From positions 2,048,001 through 2,112,000 of the forward strand of contig OZ223236.1 in NCBI GenBank assembly GCA_965140445.1: 64,000 nt of DNA, read 5' to 3'. Position 1 is the first letter of the stretch, and every line of letters begins with the position of its first letter. Of this stretch, positions 38,807-47,272 are shown piece by piece. Under the pieces are notes generated by a model. The model searched no databases, was not told the DNA's origin, and saw only the letters and a program-made list of their open reading frames with translations. This stretch comes from Candidatus Ozemobacteraceae bacterium. GTDB taxonomy: Bacteria; Muiribacteriota; Ozemobacteria; Ozemobacterales; Ozemobacteraceae. Position numbers and translations under genes: made by a program.

Positions 38807-38834
38807 TAAGAACTTTCAACGTCTTTGACGATGA
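38807..38834 (+). promoter_or_regulatory. possible sigma-28-like promoter TAAG-N16-GACGATGA
   Basis: Partial consensus upstream of FN3 lipoprotein. Confidence 0.4.
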
Positions 38835-38880
38835 GTATAGAGAAAATTTGTATTTAGGACCTAGTAAAAGGAGAATCCTT

Positions 38881-40833
38881 ATGTGGAAAAAGGTATTGCC
38901 CAGAAAAACTGGGCGAAATATCGTGGCTGCGTTTTTAATGCTCATGATATTTACCCTGTTTGGATGTACTACAGGAGTTAAGAAAGACCCTGGTCTTACT
39001 GACTATGAAGCTCCAACAATCCCTCAGAACATTACTGGTGTAGGGAAAGAACGAGCTATCTTAATTAATTGGAGCGCAAACACAGAGACTGATCTGGTTG
39101 GCTATAGGGTATATAGATCTACTAACTCAGGTGGACCTTTTACACTTATTACGACCGTCGGTACTCAGCCTGCTCCATCATTTCTTGATGATGATCAACA
39201 GAATGGCCTTGTAAACGATCAATACTACTTTTACAAGGTTTCTGCTTTCGATACACAGGGAAAAGAGTCTGATCTCTCCAGAACAAATGCTGTTCAGATT
39301 AGAGCAGGCTTACCTGTGGAAGAAAGACCTCCTCGTGTAGTTAACATTAAAGCACGTGCTTCACACGAAGCTGCTTATGTTTCATGGGACAAGGTTACTT
39401 CCAGCAGTATCAAAGGCTACAACATTTACAGAGGCTTATCTACCAGCGCTGGTGGCGTTCAGTGGATATCTTCAGTTCCTCAGGACACTCCTGGATATGT
39501 TGACACATCAGTAACAAAGACATCTGCAGAACAATACACTTATATTGTTAGATCATTTAATCAAAACTACTCAGAGAGTGAAAATTCTGATCCAGTTCAG
39601 GTTACACTTAAATCTGGAGATGATACTATTCCTGGTGCTCCATATGATTTGGCTCTCAGCAATGATACTGATCCAATTATAAGTTGGCATAAACCAATGA
39701 ACAATCAGGATGGTTCAAGTATTTTTGATGGTCAGAACCCAACATTGGATATTGATTCATATTTGATTTTCAGAGCCAGTGCAAATGATGGTTTGTTTTC
39801 ATTGATTGGAATTGTTGAAGACAATGGAACTGCTAATTTAACACAGACGTTCAAAGATATTAACGGAACTCCTTACAATCTTTACGCTGTTAAGACTGTT
39901 GATAGAAACGGAAATGTCAGCGAATTAAGTTCAATTACAACCCAGTCTTCAGATGCTGATATACCTTCTATTCCAACTGGTTTAAAGGCATGGGCATCAA
40001 GTGCAACTGAAGCTGGAATCAAGCTTGCCTGGGGAGCCAGTAAAAATGCTGTTAGCTACAATGTATACTTCTCGACTGTTGCAGATGGTGGGTATACCAA
40101 AATGCTTACTGGACAGCCACAGTGGAATGAAGCTTCTGCATACGTAATCAACTCATTTCCTAGTAGCTACAACCAAAACCCTGAAAAGAAAGGGAAGAAG
40201 CTGGAATTTGGCGTTCCATACTTCTTTAAAGTGTCTGCTGTAAGTTCTTCAGGTAAGGAAAGTGGATTGAGCAATTATGCCAAGGCCTATCCTGGTGGAA
40301 TGTTTGTTGCAATGCTTGAAGGTGAAAACCCAAATTGGGAATACACTGCCAGAGCAAACGATAACTTGAACCACTTTTATGTAGTTTATAGCTCAAAAGA
40401 TTATCCTGAGATTGACTATTATTCAGGTGCAGGTTCAGCATTGCTTGTTCCTTCAACAGTAGGGACACCTGGAAATGGTGATCAGTTTGCGTATGGAACA
40501 GGAACCTTCTTTTCTTCTTCATACTTTAAACTTCCAGCTCCTACATCTGGTGCTTACAGATACAATGTATATGCTTATTACTTTCCACACACCTCAAGTG
40601 GTAACTGGAGAGTTACAATTAGAGAAAATGGTGTATTAACTACTACCTTGCTGCAAAAAGACCTGAATGGTTATGGTGCAGTTAACAAGGGAAGAACTTC
40701 CTTGTCACTTGGACAAATTCAGGTTAACTCTGGACTTGCTGGCGTAGATATTGATATTGACGCTATCAGCGCCGGTTCAGGTGGTGGAGCTACACTTTTC
40801 CTTGATACTCTGGTTTTCGTTAGAGTTCAATAA
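38881..40833 (+). CDS. lipoprotein with about four fibronectin type III repeats and a C-terminal beta domain
   Basis: Lipobox LFGC; repeated W...GYxxYR...YxVxA...ESxxS FN3 pattern. Confidence 0.85.
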   Translation: MWKKVLPRKTGRNIVAAFLMLMIFTLFGCTTGVKKDPGLTDYEAPTIPQNITGVGKERAILINWSANTETDLVGYRVYRSTNSGGPFTLITTVGTQPAPSFLDDDQQNGLVNDQYYFYKVSAFDTQGKESDLSRTNAVQIRAGLPVEERPPRVVNIKARASHEAAYVSWDKVTSSSIKGYNIYRGLSTSAGGVQWISSVPQDTPGYVDTSVTKTSAEQYTYIVRSFNQNYSESENSDPVQVTLKSGDDTIPGAPYDLALSNDTDPIISWHKPMNNQDGSSIFDGQNPTLDIDSYLIFRASANDGLFSLIGIVEDNGTANLTQTFKDINGTPYNLYAVKTVDRNGNVSELSSITTQSSDADIPSIPTGLKAWASSATEAGIKLAWGASKNAVSYNVYFSTVADGGYTKMLTGQPQWNEASAYVINSFPSSYNQNPEKKGKKLEFGVPYFFKVSAVSSSGKESGLSNYAKAYPGGMFVAMLEGENPNWEYTARANDNLNHFYVVYSSKDYPEIDYYSGAGSALLVPSTVGTPGNGDQFAYGTGTFFSSSYFKLPAPTSGAYRYNVYAYYFPHTSSGNWRVTIRENGVLTTTLLQKDLNGYGAVNKGRTSLSLGQIQVNSGLAGVDIDIDAISAGSGGGATLFLDTLVFVRVQ

Positions 40834-40841
40834 ATAAGCCG

Positions 40842-40882
40842 AAAAAAGGGCACTGCAGCTAAATGCAGTGCCCTTTTTTTTT
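40842..40882 (+). terminator. intrinsic terminator
   Basis: AAAAAAGGGCACTGCA...TGCAGTGCCCTTTTTTTTT. Confidence 0.9.
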
Positions 40883-40931
40883 GCCGCTAAGTCAGGTTTA
40901 TCAAATAGTTTGTGAATGCTTTCCATCAACA

Positions 40932-40960
40932 TTGAAAATAAATTTTGCAAGTGCTATAAT
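40932..40960 (+). promoter_or_regulatory. sigma-70 promoter TTGAAA-N17-TATAAT
   Basis: Consensus elements and spacing. Confidence 0.7.
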
Positions 40961-40990
40961 TCACACGCACTAAAAATTAGCGGAGGCACT

Positions 40991-42658
40991 ATGCACTCGA
41001 AAAAACAGCGCTTGAGCGCTTTGTTTATTTTATTTTGTTTTAGTTTTGTTGTTCTGGGCGGACTATTTGCAGAGGAAAAAGAAGCCAAGCAAACTGGTAA
41101 GCCGGATGATATTCTTGCAGAAATTTCTGACAAGAAGATCGATAGAAAAATGTTTGAAGCAGAAATAGCCAAGCTTACTGCTGCCAACCCTCAGGCTGGG
41201 GCTTTTTTCGCCAAGCCAGAAGGTCGCGAAAAATTTCTGAATCAGATTGCTGAAGTATTTACTCTTGAAAAGCAGGCTAGAAAACTTGGCCTTGATAAGG
41301 GCGAAAAGTTTGATGCTGATTGCCGTGAAATGTCTGTGGGAATGCTCGCAGGGAAACATTTCCAGAGCATCGTAGATAAGGTTGTGGTTTCAGATGAAGA
41401 ACTTCAGAAGTTTTACAAAGATAACCAGGATAACTTCAAGGAACCTGCAGAATACAAACTTTTTCAAATTACTGTAGAAACTCCTCAGAAGGCCGCAGAT
41501 TTAAAAAAAGAACTGGATTCAGGAAAATCTTTTATAGAAACAGCTAAGAAAGAGTCTATTGATAGCTATAAAGATGCCGGCGGAAACCGTGGAATGGTAT
41601 CCGAAAAAGATCTTAGCCAGGCTGTAGCAGCAGTAATCGGCGATCTCAAAAAAGACGAACTCTCAAAGCCAATTAGAACTGGTGAAAAAGAATACCAACT
41701 TATTAAGTTCACAGAAAAGAAAGATGGGAAAGTGAAAGACTTCGCTTCTGTTCAAGCTGTAATAAAACAAGAACTCGGAAGCGGTAAACAGAGAGAAACT
41801 TACGAAAACACAATGGAGTCTCTTAAAAAAGAACTTGGTTTTGAACTGAACAAAGATTCTGTTGAATTGCTTAGGAAGCCAAACCTCTCTAAAGAAGATC
41901 TTGCAAAGACTCTTATGAAAGTTGGCGGAGAAGAGATGAAGGTGGAAGCAATCGCTGAAGAGCTTGAGCAGATTCCTCCATTTATTAGACCACAACTCCT
42001 TAATGGACAAGGACTTGATGATTTTATTAAACAGTTTGCTTATAGAAATCTTGCAGTTAAATACGCTGAAAAAAATTACGACGCTTTAGCCAAAGCTGCA
42101 CCAGATGTGTTAGAAGATGTTTCCAGAAGAACTGCAATCAAATATTTGCTCGATAAAGAAATCGGTAATCTTAAGGTTGATGACGCTGCAGTTAAAGAAT
42201 ATTACGACAAAAATACCGCAGAATTTTCTTCTCCTGCTCAGTTAAGAGCTCACCACATTCTCGTAAAAGAAGAAAAAGATGCCAAAGAAATTTTGGAACA
42301 ACTCAAAAAAGATCCAAAGCAATTCGAAAAGATTGCAAGTGAAAAATCAACCTGTCCTTCAGGGAAAAAGGGCGGCGGAGATCTGGGTATGTTTTCAGAA
42401 GGACAAATGGTTCCTGAATTTGATAAGGCATGCCAGGAAGCCGAAGTCGGAAAACTTGTTGGTCCTGTAAAAACACAGTTTGGGTATCATATTATCCGAG
42501 TTGATGAAAAACAGGCAGCTGGCGCGAAGAAGTTTGAAGAAGTTCAAGATTCTATTAGAGCCAAGTTACTTCCTCAAAAGCAGAAAGAAGCCTTTGAAGC
42601 ATTAATTGCAAAACTCAAAAAAGATTTTAATGTAAAGATTTATACTGAAAAGCTATAA
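40991..42658 (+). CDS. exported PrsA/SurA-like parvulin foldase with two tandem modules
   Basis: Signal peptide; AHHILV, GGDLG, MVPEF, KTQFGYHII; degenerate first parvulin. Confidence 0.9.
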   Translation: MHSKKQRLSALFILFCFSFVVLGGLFAEEKEAKQTGKPDDILAEISDKKIDRKMFEAEIAKLTAANPQAGAFFAKPEGREKFLNQIAEVFTLEKQARKLGLDKGEKFDADCREMSVGMLAGKHFQSIVDKVVVSDEELQKFYKDNQDNFKEPAEYKLFQITVETPQKAADLKKELDSGKSFIETAKKESIDSYKDAGGNRGMVSEKDLSQAVAAVIGDLKKDELSKPIRTGEKEYQLIKFTEKKDGKVKDFASVQAVIKQELGSGKQRETYENTMESLKKELGFELNKDSVELLRKPNLSKEDLAKTLMKVGGEEMKVEAIAEELEQIPPFIRPQLLNGQGLDDFIKQFAYRNLAVKYAEKNYDALAKAAPDVLEDVSRRTAIKYLLDKEIGNLKVDDAAVKEYYDKNTAEFSSPAQLRAHHILVKEEKDAKEILEQLKKDPKQFEKIASEKSTCPSGKKGGGDLGMFSEGQMVPEFDKACQEAEVGKLVGPVKTQFGYHIIRVDEKQAAGAKKFEEVQDSIRAKLLPQKQKEAFEALIAKLKKDFNVKIYTEKL

Positions 42659-42741
42659 ACTCTATTTAAATGAAGCACAAAAATGGTCTAGATCTTATTG
42701 ATCTAAAAAAAATTAAATCAAAAATTTTCCCAGGAGGTTCC

Positions 42742-44292
42742 ATGCAACAAGTCGTGTATTCAGTCATATCACTTGCTATCGGTGGCCTCATCGGGTATTT
42801 CATCTCTAACTATTTGACCAGAAAAGCTGGCGCAGGGATACTTGCAGAAGCCGAAAATCAAAAGAACGAAATCCTTGATGAAGCAAAAAGAAATGCACAA
42901 AAAGAACTGGTAAGAGCCCAGAAACGAGCTAAAGAGATCAAAGAAAAAGAGCTTGTTATTAAAAAGAACTCAGAACGAGATGCTAAGAAGAAAAGACAAG
43001 AATTGGAAAGGCTTGAAAACACTCTCAACACAAGATTAGAGAAGGTGGATGCCAGAGCTGAGCATCTTGAAAATAGAGCTGATTCTTTACGTGACAGAGA
43101 AGCGGAAATTGATAAAGTTAAAGCTGATCAGTTAAGTATTCTTGAAGAGCAGAAAAAAGAGCTCGAAAGGGTTGCTGGTTTGACACCAGAGCAAGCCAAA
43201 GAGCAACTTATGAAGAAGATCGAAGATGAGCTTCAATACGAAATTGCTTTGAAGGTAAACGAATCTGAGCAAAAAATAAAAAGCGCGGCAGATAAAAAAT
43301 CTCGCGAAATTCTTGCTTCTTCAATTCAAAGATGCGCCACAGATCAGACTATTGATCCGATAGTTTCGGTTGTTGAACTTCCAAGTGAAGAAATGAAGGG
43401 GCGCATTATTGGTAGAGAAGGTAGGAATATCAGAGCTTTTGAAAACCTTACCGGCGTGGACGTCATTATTGACGATACTCCAGAAGCTGTTGTTCTATCA
43501 TCTTTTAACCCAATCAAGAGAGAAATTGCCAGAGTTACTCTGGAAATGCTAACTCTTGATGGCAGAATTCACCCTGCTAAAATTGAAGAGATGTATGAAA
43601 AAGCACAGAAAGAAGTTCATCTCAGAATTAAAGAAGCTGGTGAGCAGACTATGCTTGCCCTTGGAATTCAGAGTATTCATTCTGAGCTTGTTGAAATCGT
43701 TGGAAAGCTTAATTATCGCACGAGTTATGGCCAGAATGTTTTGCAGCATTCAATTGAAGTTGCAAATCTTGCCAGCAATCTTGCTGCAGAAATAGGGGCT
43801 GACATTCAATTGGCTAAACGCGCAGGTCTATTGCATGACATAGGTAAGGTTATTGAAAGTGATGAAGGTAACCATGCTAAACTTGGAGCGGATTTTGCAA
43901 GAAAATATCAGGAATCTCCAAAGGTTGTTAATGCTATTGCAGCGCATCATGAAGATGTTCCATTTGAAACCCCTGAAGCGGTATTAATCGCAGCAGCAGA
44001 TGCTATCTCTGCTTCGAGAAGGGGAGCAAGAAGAGAATCTCTGGAAGCTTACATCAAGCGTCTGGAAGATCTTGAATTGATCGCAAAAGGCTTTAATGGA
44101 GTGTCTCATGCGTATGCTATTCAGGCTGGTCGTGAGATCAGGGTAATGGTTAGTCCGGAAGAAGTTAATGATGTTCTGGCGCCTAAGCTCTGTCGTGATA
44201 TCGTTAAGAAAATTGAAAACGACATGGAATACCCTGGACAGGTTAAAGTTGTTCTGATCAGGGAAACAAGAAGTGTGGAAGTAGCACACTGA
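42742..44292 (+). CDS. rny: ribonuclease Y
   Basis: N-terminal TM, coiled coil, KH GRIIGREGRNI, HD LLHDIGK; AGGAGG RBS. Confidence 0.97.
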   Translation: MQQVVYSVISLAIGGLIGYFISNYLTRKAGAGILAEAENQKNEILDEAKRNAQKELVRAQKRAKEIKEKELVIKKNSERDAKKKRQELERLENTLNTRLEKVDARAEHLENRADSLRDREAEIDKVKADQLSILEEQKKELERVAGLTPEQAKEQLMKKIEDELQYEIALKVNESEQKIKSAADKKSREILASSIQRCATDQTIDPIVSVVELPSEEMKGRIIGREGRNIRAFENLTGVDVIIDDTPEAVVLSSFNPIKREIARVTLEMLTLDGRIHPAKIEEMYEKAQKEVHLRIKEAGEQTMLALGIQSIHSELVEIVGKLNYRTSYGQNVLQHSIEVANLASNLAAEIGADIQLAKRAGLLHDIGKVIESDEGNHAKLGADFARKYQESPKVVNAIAAHHEDVPFETPEAVLIAAADAISASRRGARRESLEAYIKRLEDLELIAKGFNGVSHAYAIQAGREIRVMVSPEEVNDVLAPKLCRDIVKKIENDMEYPGQVKVVLIRETRSVEVAH

Positions 44293-44307
44293 TTTGATTT
44301 GAAAGAT

Positions 44308-44352
44308 ACTGCCCTGAGACAGGCATTAACTGCTCGGGGCAGTTTTTTTTTG
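44308..44352 (+). terminator. intrinsic terminator between rny and ymdB
   Basis: ACTGCCCTGAG...CTCGGGGCAGT followed by a long T run. Confidence 0.75.
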
Positions 44353-44365
44353 GAGCACAACTATT

Positions 44366-45142
44366 ATGAAAGTTATCTTAATTGGAGATATTTACGGTAA
44401 AACTGGAAGAGACATTTTGCAAAAAAAGCTTCCAGAGCTAAAAGAGAGGTATTCTCCTGATTGGATTATTGCAAATGGCGAAAATGCTACCGGTGGAAAT
44501 GGTATTTCCGCCAAGCACGCTAAGGTTATAAAAAATGCTGGAGTTGATATAATAACTTCAGGGAATCATATTTATGCCAGGGTGGACTGGCCAGAAACTT
44601 TGAAAAAGTGCGAATATATTCTTCGCCCACAAAATATTGGTGGAAACAAGTTTTCAGGTGGCGGTTTTAAGGTGTTTGAAAAAGCTGGAGTGCCGCCAAT
44701 TGCAGTCATGAACCTTGCAGGTAGAGTTTTTATGGAAGATGCCTCCTGCCCATTCAAAGAAGCTGATGCTTTGATTGAAAATGCTCCAGAAGGTATTCCA
44801 ATCGTTTTAGACTTTCACGCTGAGGCTACCTCAGAAAAACTTGCGCTATTTTGGTATTTAAATGGACGCTGTGCGGCTTGCGTTGGAACCCATACCCATG
44901 TTCAAACTTCTGATGAAAGAATTCTGTCTGATGGGACTGCTGTTATTACAGATCTGGGCATGACAGGAGCTCTTGATGGAATAATTGGAGTTGATAGAAA
45001 TACTGTTTTAAGTCGCTTTACAAAAGGATACTCAGATAAGTTTGTTTGCGCTTCTGGTTTGCTAAAAGTAGAGGGAGTTGCCATTGAAATTTGTGATAGC
45101 TCACATAAAGCTGTTTCAATAGAAAGATTTAGGATTATTTAG
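44366..45142 (+). CDS. ymdB: YmdB-family metallophosphoesterase
   Basis: GDIYG, ANGEN, TSGNH, DFHAEATSEK, GTHTHVQT, TDLGMTG. Confidence 0.93.
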   Translation: MKVILIGDIYGKTGRDILQKKLPELKERYSPDWIIANGENATGGNGISAKHAKVIKNAGVDIITSGNHIYARVDWPETLKKCEYILRPQNIGGNKFSGGGFKVFEKAGVPPIAVMNLAGRVFMEDASCPFKEADALIENAPEGIPIVLDFHAEATSEKLALFWYLNGRCAACVGTHTHVQTSDERILSDGTAVITDLGMTGALDGIIGVDRNTVLSRFTKGYSDKFVCASGLLKVEGVAIEICDSSHKAVSIERFRII

Positions 45143-45482
45143 CTTCAGCTTTTTCTATTTCTGCCATCAGGTGTTTTATATAAGCTTCTAAAAAGTCTTC
45201 AGCCTGGTAGCCTGGTAGAACTTCTACCAGTTCACCTTTTGCAAACAAAACTGAAGTTGGAAGTGTTTTGGCATCAAATTTTTGCGCCAGATTCTCATTT
45301 TCATTTACATCTACGTCAATTTCCCAGATTTTTACTTTTTCTGGAAATTTTTTGTCTAGATTTGGTAAAACTTCTTTCTGGAGAAGGCTTGGTTTACACC
45401 AGGTTGCAGTAAAAGTTAGCAGGCAAATGCCTTTATCGTTGGTAACTTTTTCCTCAAAATTTTCAATTGTTAACTGTGACAT
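45135..45482 (-). CDS. thioredoxin-like protein with CxxS active site
   Basis: FTATWCKPS, IDVD, TLPT; GGAGG RBS before MSQLT. Confidence 0.85.
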   Translation of the reverse strand: MSQLTIENFEEKVTNDKGICLLTFTATWCKPSLLQKEVLPNLDKKFPEKVKIWEIDVDVNENENLAQKFDAKTLPTSVLFAKGELVEVLPGYQAEDFLEAYIKHLMAEIEKAEAK

Positions 45483-45587
45483 TTTTCCTCCAGCCTTATC
45501 CTTGCTGTTTGATTTGTATGGATAGGTAAGATACTGTATAATACCAGACGTTGACTTATAAATCGATAGATAAAACAGGAGAAAAGG

Positions 45588-46448
45588 TTGGATATACTTA
45601 GAATCAAAGAACATATCAGAGAATTTTTTAATTGCTCTGGAGGGAATGAATTGCCATGCTTTCCTGAGGCCATTCAATGTCCTAGCTTTCATCCTGATTT
45701 TTTTCTTGCCTCATTGGTAGAGGCTCCGCCATACTCTCTGTTTGCTTTTCAAATGTTAAACAAGATTTCTGCAAACCATGATTTTTTTGCTAATGCCGTC
45801 CCGGGCTTCATTTGGCAGTTTAATCATGCCGGCACAAATGACCTTTTAAGTAAGGTGACAGCTTTACTCCTGAAAGTCTCTGAAAGTCTTGAAAAAGATG
45901 GTTTAAAAGCTTACTTCTCGATGGTAACAGCTGATCATATGTCTTGTGGAATCTGCTCTAGAGGGGCAACATGGGATATTTTGTTAAATGGTGTTACCGT
46001 TGGAAAAGTAAATGTATTTTCAGAGCTAGCAGGAAGTTGCCTGAAAACGGATCTCGTTACCGTTCATATGGATCTTGGGTTAATTTTGGATTTTGCACAA
46101 GAAGCATCCGTCACAACTGAAACTGATTCATTGGCAGTCAATTGGAGCCAAAAGTTTGAACTTGGACAACTGCTTTCTCAAAGATTTTATGATCTAAATT
46201 CTAATGTTTGTAACAGTCAAATTGATCGATTAGATGAACTTTTAAAACCCATTGAAGAATGTTCTAAATCGGAATACGATGATGGTAAAGCATTTGTTCA
46301 AATTTTAACTTGTTTGAATCTTTACAAGGGGCATGAGAAACACCCGAACATTGAATTGGCAAATAAATGGCTGGTAAGCGCAGCTGAGAGAGTTAAAGAG
46401 CAGCTTTTTACTAAATCTGAATCAGGCCGATCTGGTGTGGAGAATTAA
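45588..46448 (+). CDS. degenerate paralogue of glycyl-tRNA synthetase alpha subunit
   Basis: Collinear similarity to GlyQ (FHPDFFLASL; GATWDILLNGVTV..F..LAG..L) without catalytic motifs. Confidence 0.6.
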   Translation: MDILRIKEHIREFFNCSGGNELPCFPEAIQCPSFHPDFFLASLVEAPPYSLFAFQMLNKISANHDFFANAVPGFIWQFNHAGTNDLLSKVTALLLKVSESLEKDGLKAYFSMVTADHMSCGICSRGATWDILLNGVTVGKVNVFSELAGSCLKTDLVTVHMDLGLILDFAQEASVTTETDSLAVNWSQKFELGQLLSQRFYDLNSNVCNSQIDRLDELLKPIEECSKSEYDDGKAFVQILTCLNLYKGHEKHPNIELANKWLVSAAERVKEQLFTKSESGRSGVEN

Positions 46449-46449
46449 A

Positions 46450-47271
46450 ATGGCAAGATGGTTTTTATGTCTGATTGTTTTTTTTAGTTTTTCCATTTTG
46501 TTTTCAACAGCATCAGTCGCAAATGAAAATACTGCAATAACTGCAGAAAATCTTTTTTCAATTATGGAATCAAGAACTGAAAAAATTGATTCAATAACTG
46601 TTGATGTTCTTTTAGAAAATTCATTGGCAAGTAAAACTGTCAGTTTGTCTATTAAAAGCCCTGACAAATTTTCAATTGAATTTGACGATGGGTCCATAAA
46701 AACCTTTTTTAACGGAAAGGATTTGTGGATATATTTGGCAGCTATTAACGAAGTTTTTTATTATTCGGCTACAAAAGACAATTCAGTATTGTCATACCTT
46801 CCTTGGATAAATCCAAAAAGAATTTTCACCAATCTTACCAGAAACACTTTATTTTCACTTTTTATTCTTGATCTAATAAAAAAAGAAGTGAAGGTTAAGA
46901 AGACAGATTCATCACCTGCAGTGGTTGAATACACTCTAAAGCTTACTCCAAGAATTGAAAGTGTTTTTAAACAGGTTTTTGATGTTGGGCACTATTACAT
47001 GGTGTTCTCAAGTGAAAACTGGCTTCCGGTAGGGGTTTCTGAGTTTGCCCCTAATGGACTTTTGAGAGGAACTTTAAGGGTTAAAAAGTATGAAATTAAC
47101 CATGAAATTGATGATAGTTTTTTCAATTTTAATCCCCCGGAAGGCACCCCTATGATCCCTTTGAGTGTAGTGTTTGCTCAAAAGATCGAAGAGTATAGTG
47201 CTTTTATTGTTAAGAAGTTCTCAGATGCAGCACAAAAGATGAAATCAAACATTTTAAATTGGAGCTTTTGA
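46450..47271 (+). CDS. LolA-like outer-membrane lipoprotein carrier
   Basis: Signal peptide; KSPDKF, NGKDLWIY, IDDSFFNFNPPEG. Confidence 0.8.
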   Translation: MARWFLCLIVFFSFSILFSTASVANENTAITAENLFSIMESRTEKIDSITVDVLLENSLASKTVSLSIKSPDKFSIEFDDGSIKTFFNGKDLWIYLAAINEVFYYSATKDNSVLSYLPWINPKRIFTNLTRNTLFSLFILDLIKKEVKVKKTDSSPAVVEYTLKLTPRIESVFKQVFDVGHYYMVFSSENWLPVGVSEFAPNGLLRGTLRVKKYEINHEIDDSFFNFNPPEGTPMIPLSVVFAQKIEEYSAFIVKKFSDAAQKMKSNILNWSF

Positions 47272-47272
47272 A

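Noticed and set aside
45483..45692. N-terminal extension of the thioredoxin ORF
   Set aside because: Overlaps the divergent gene; the RBS supports the start at 45482
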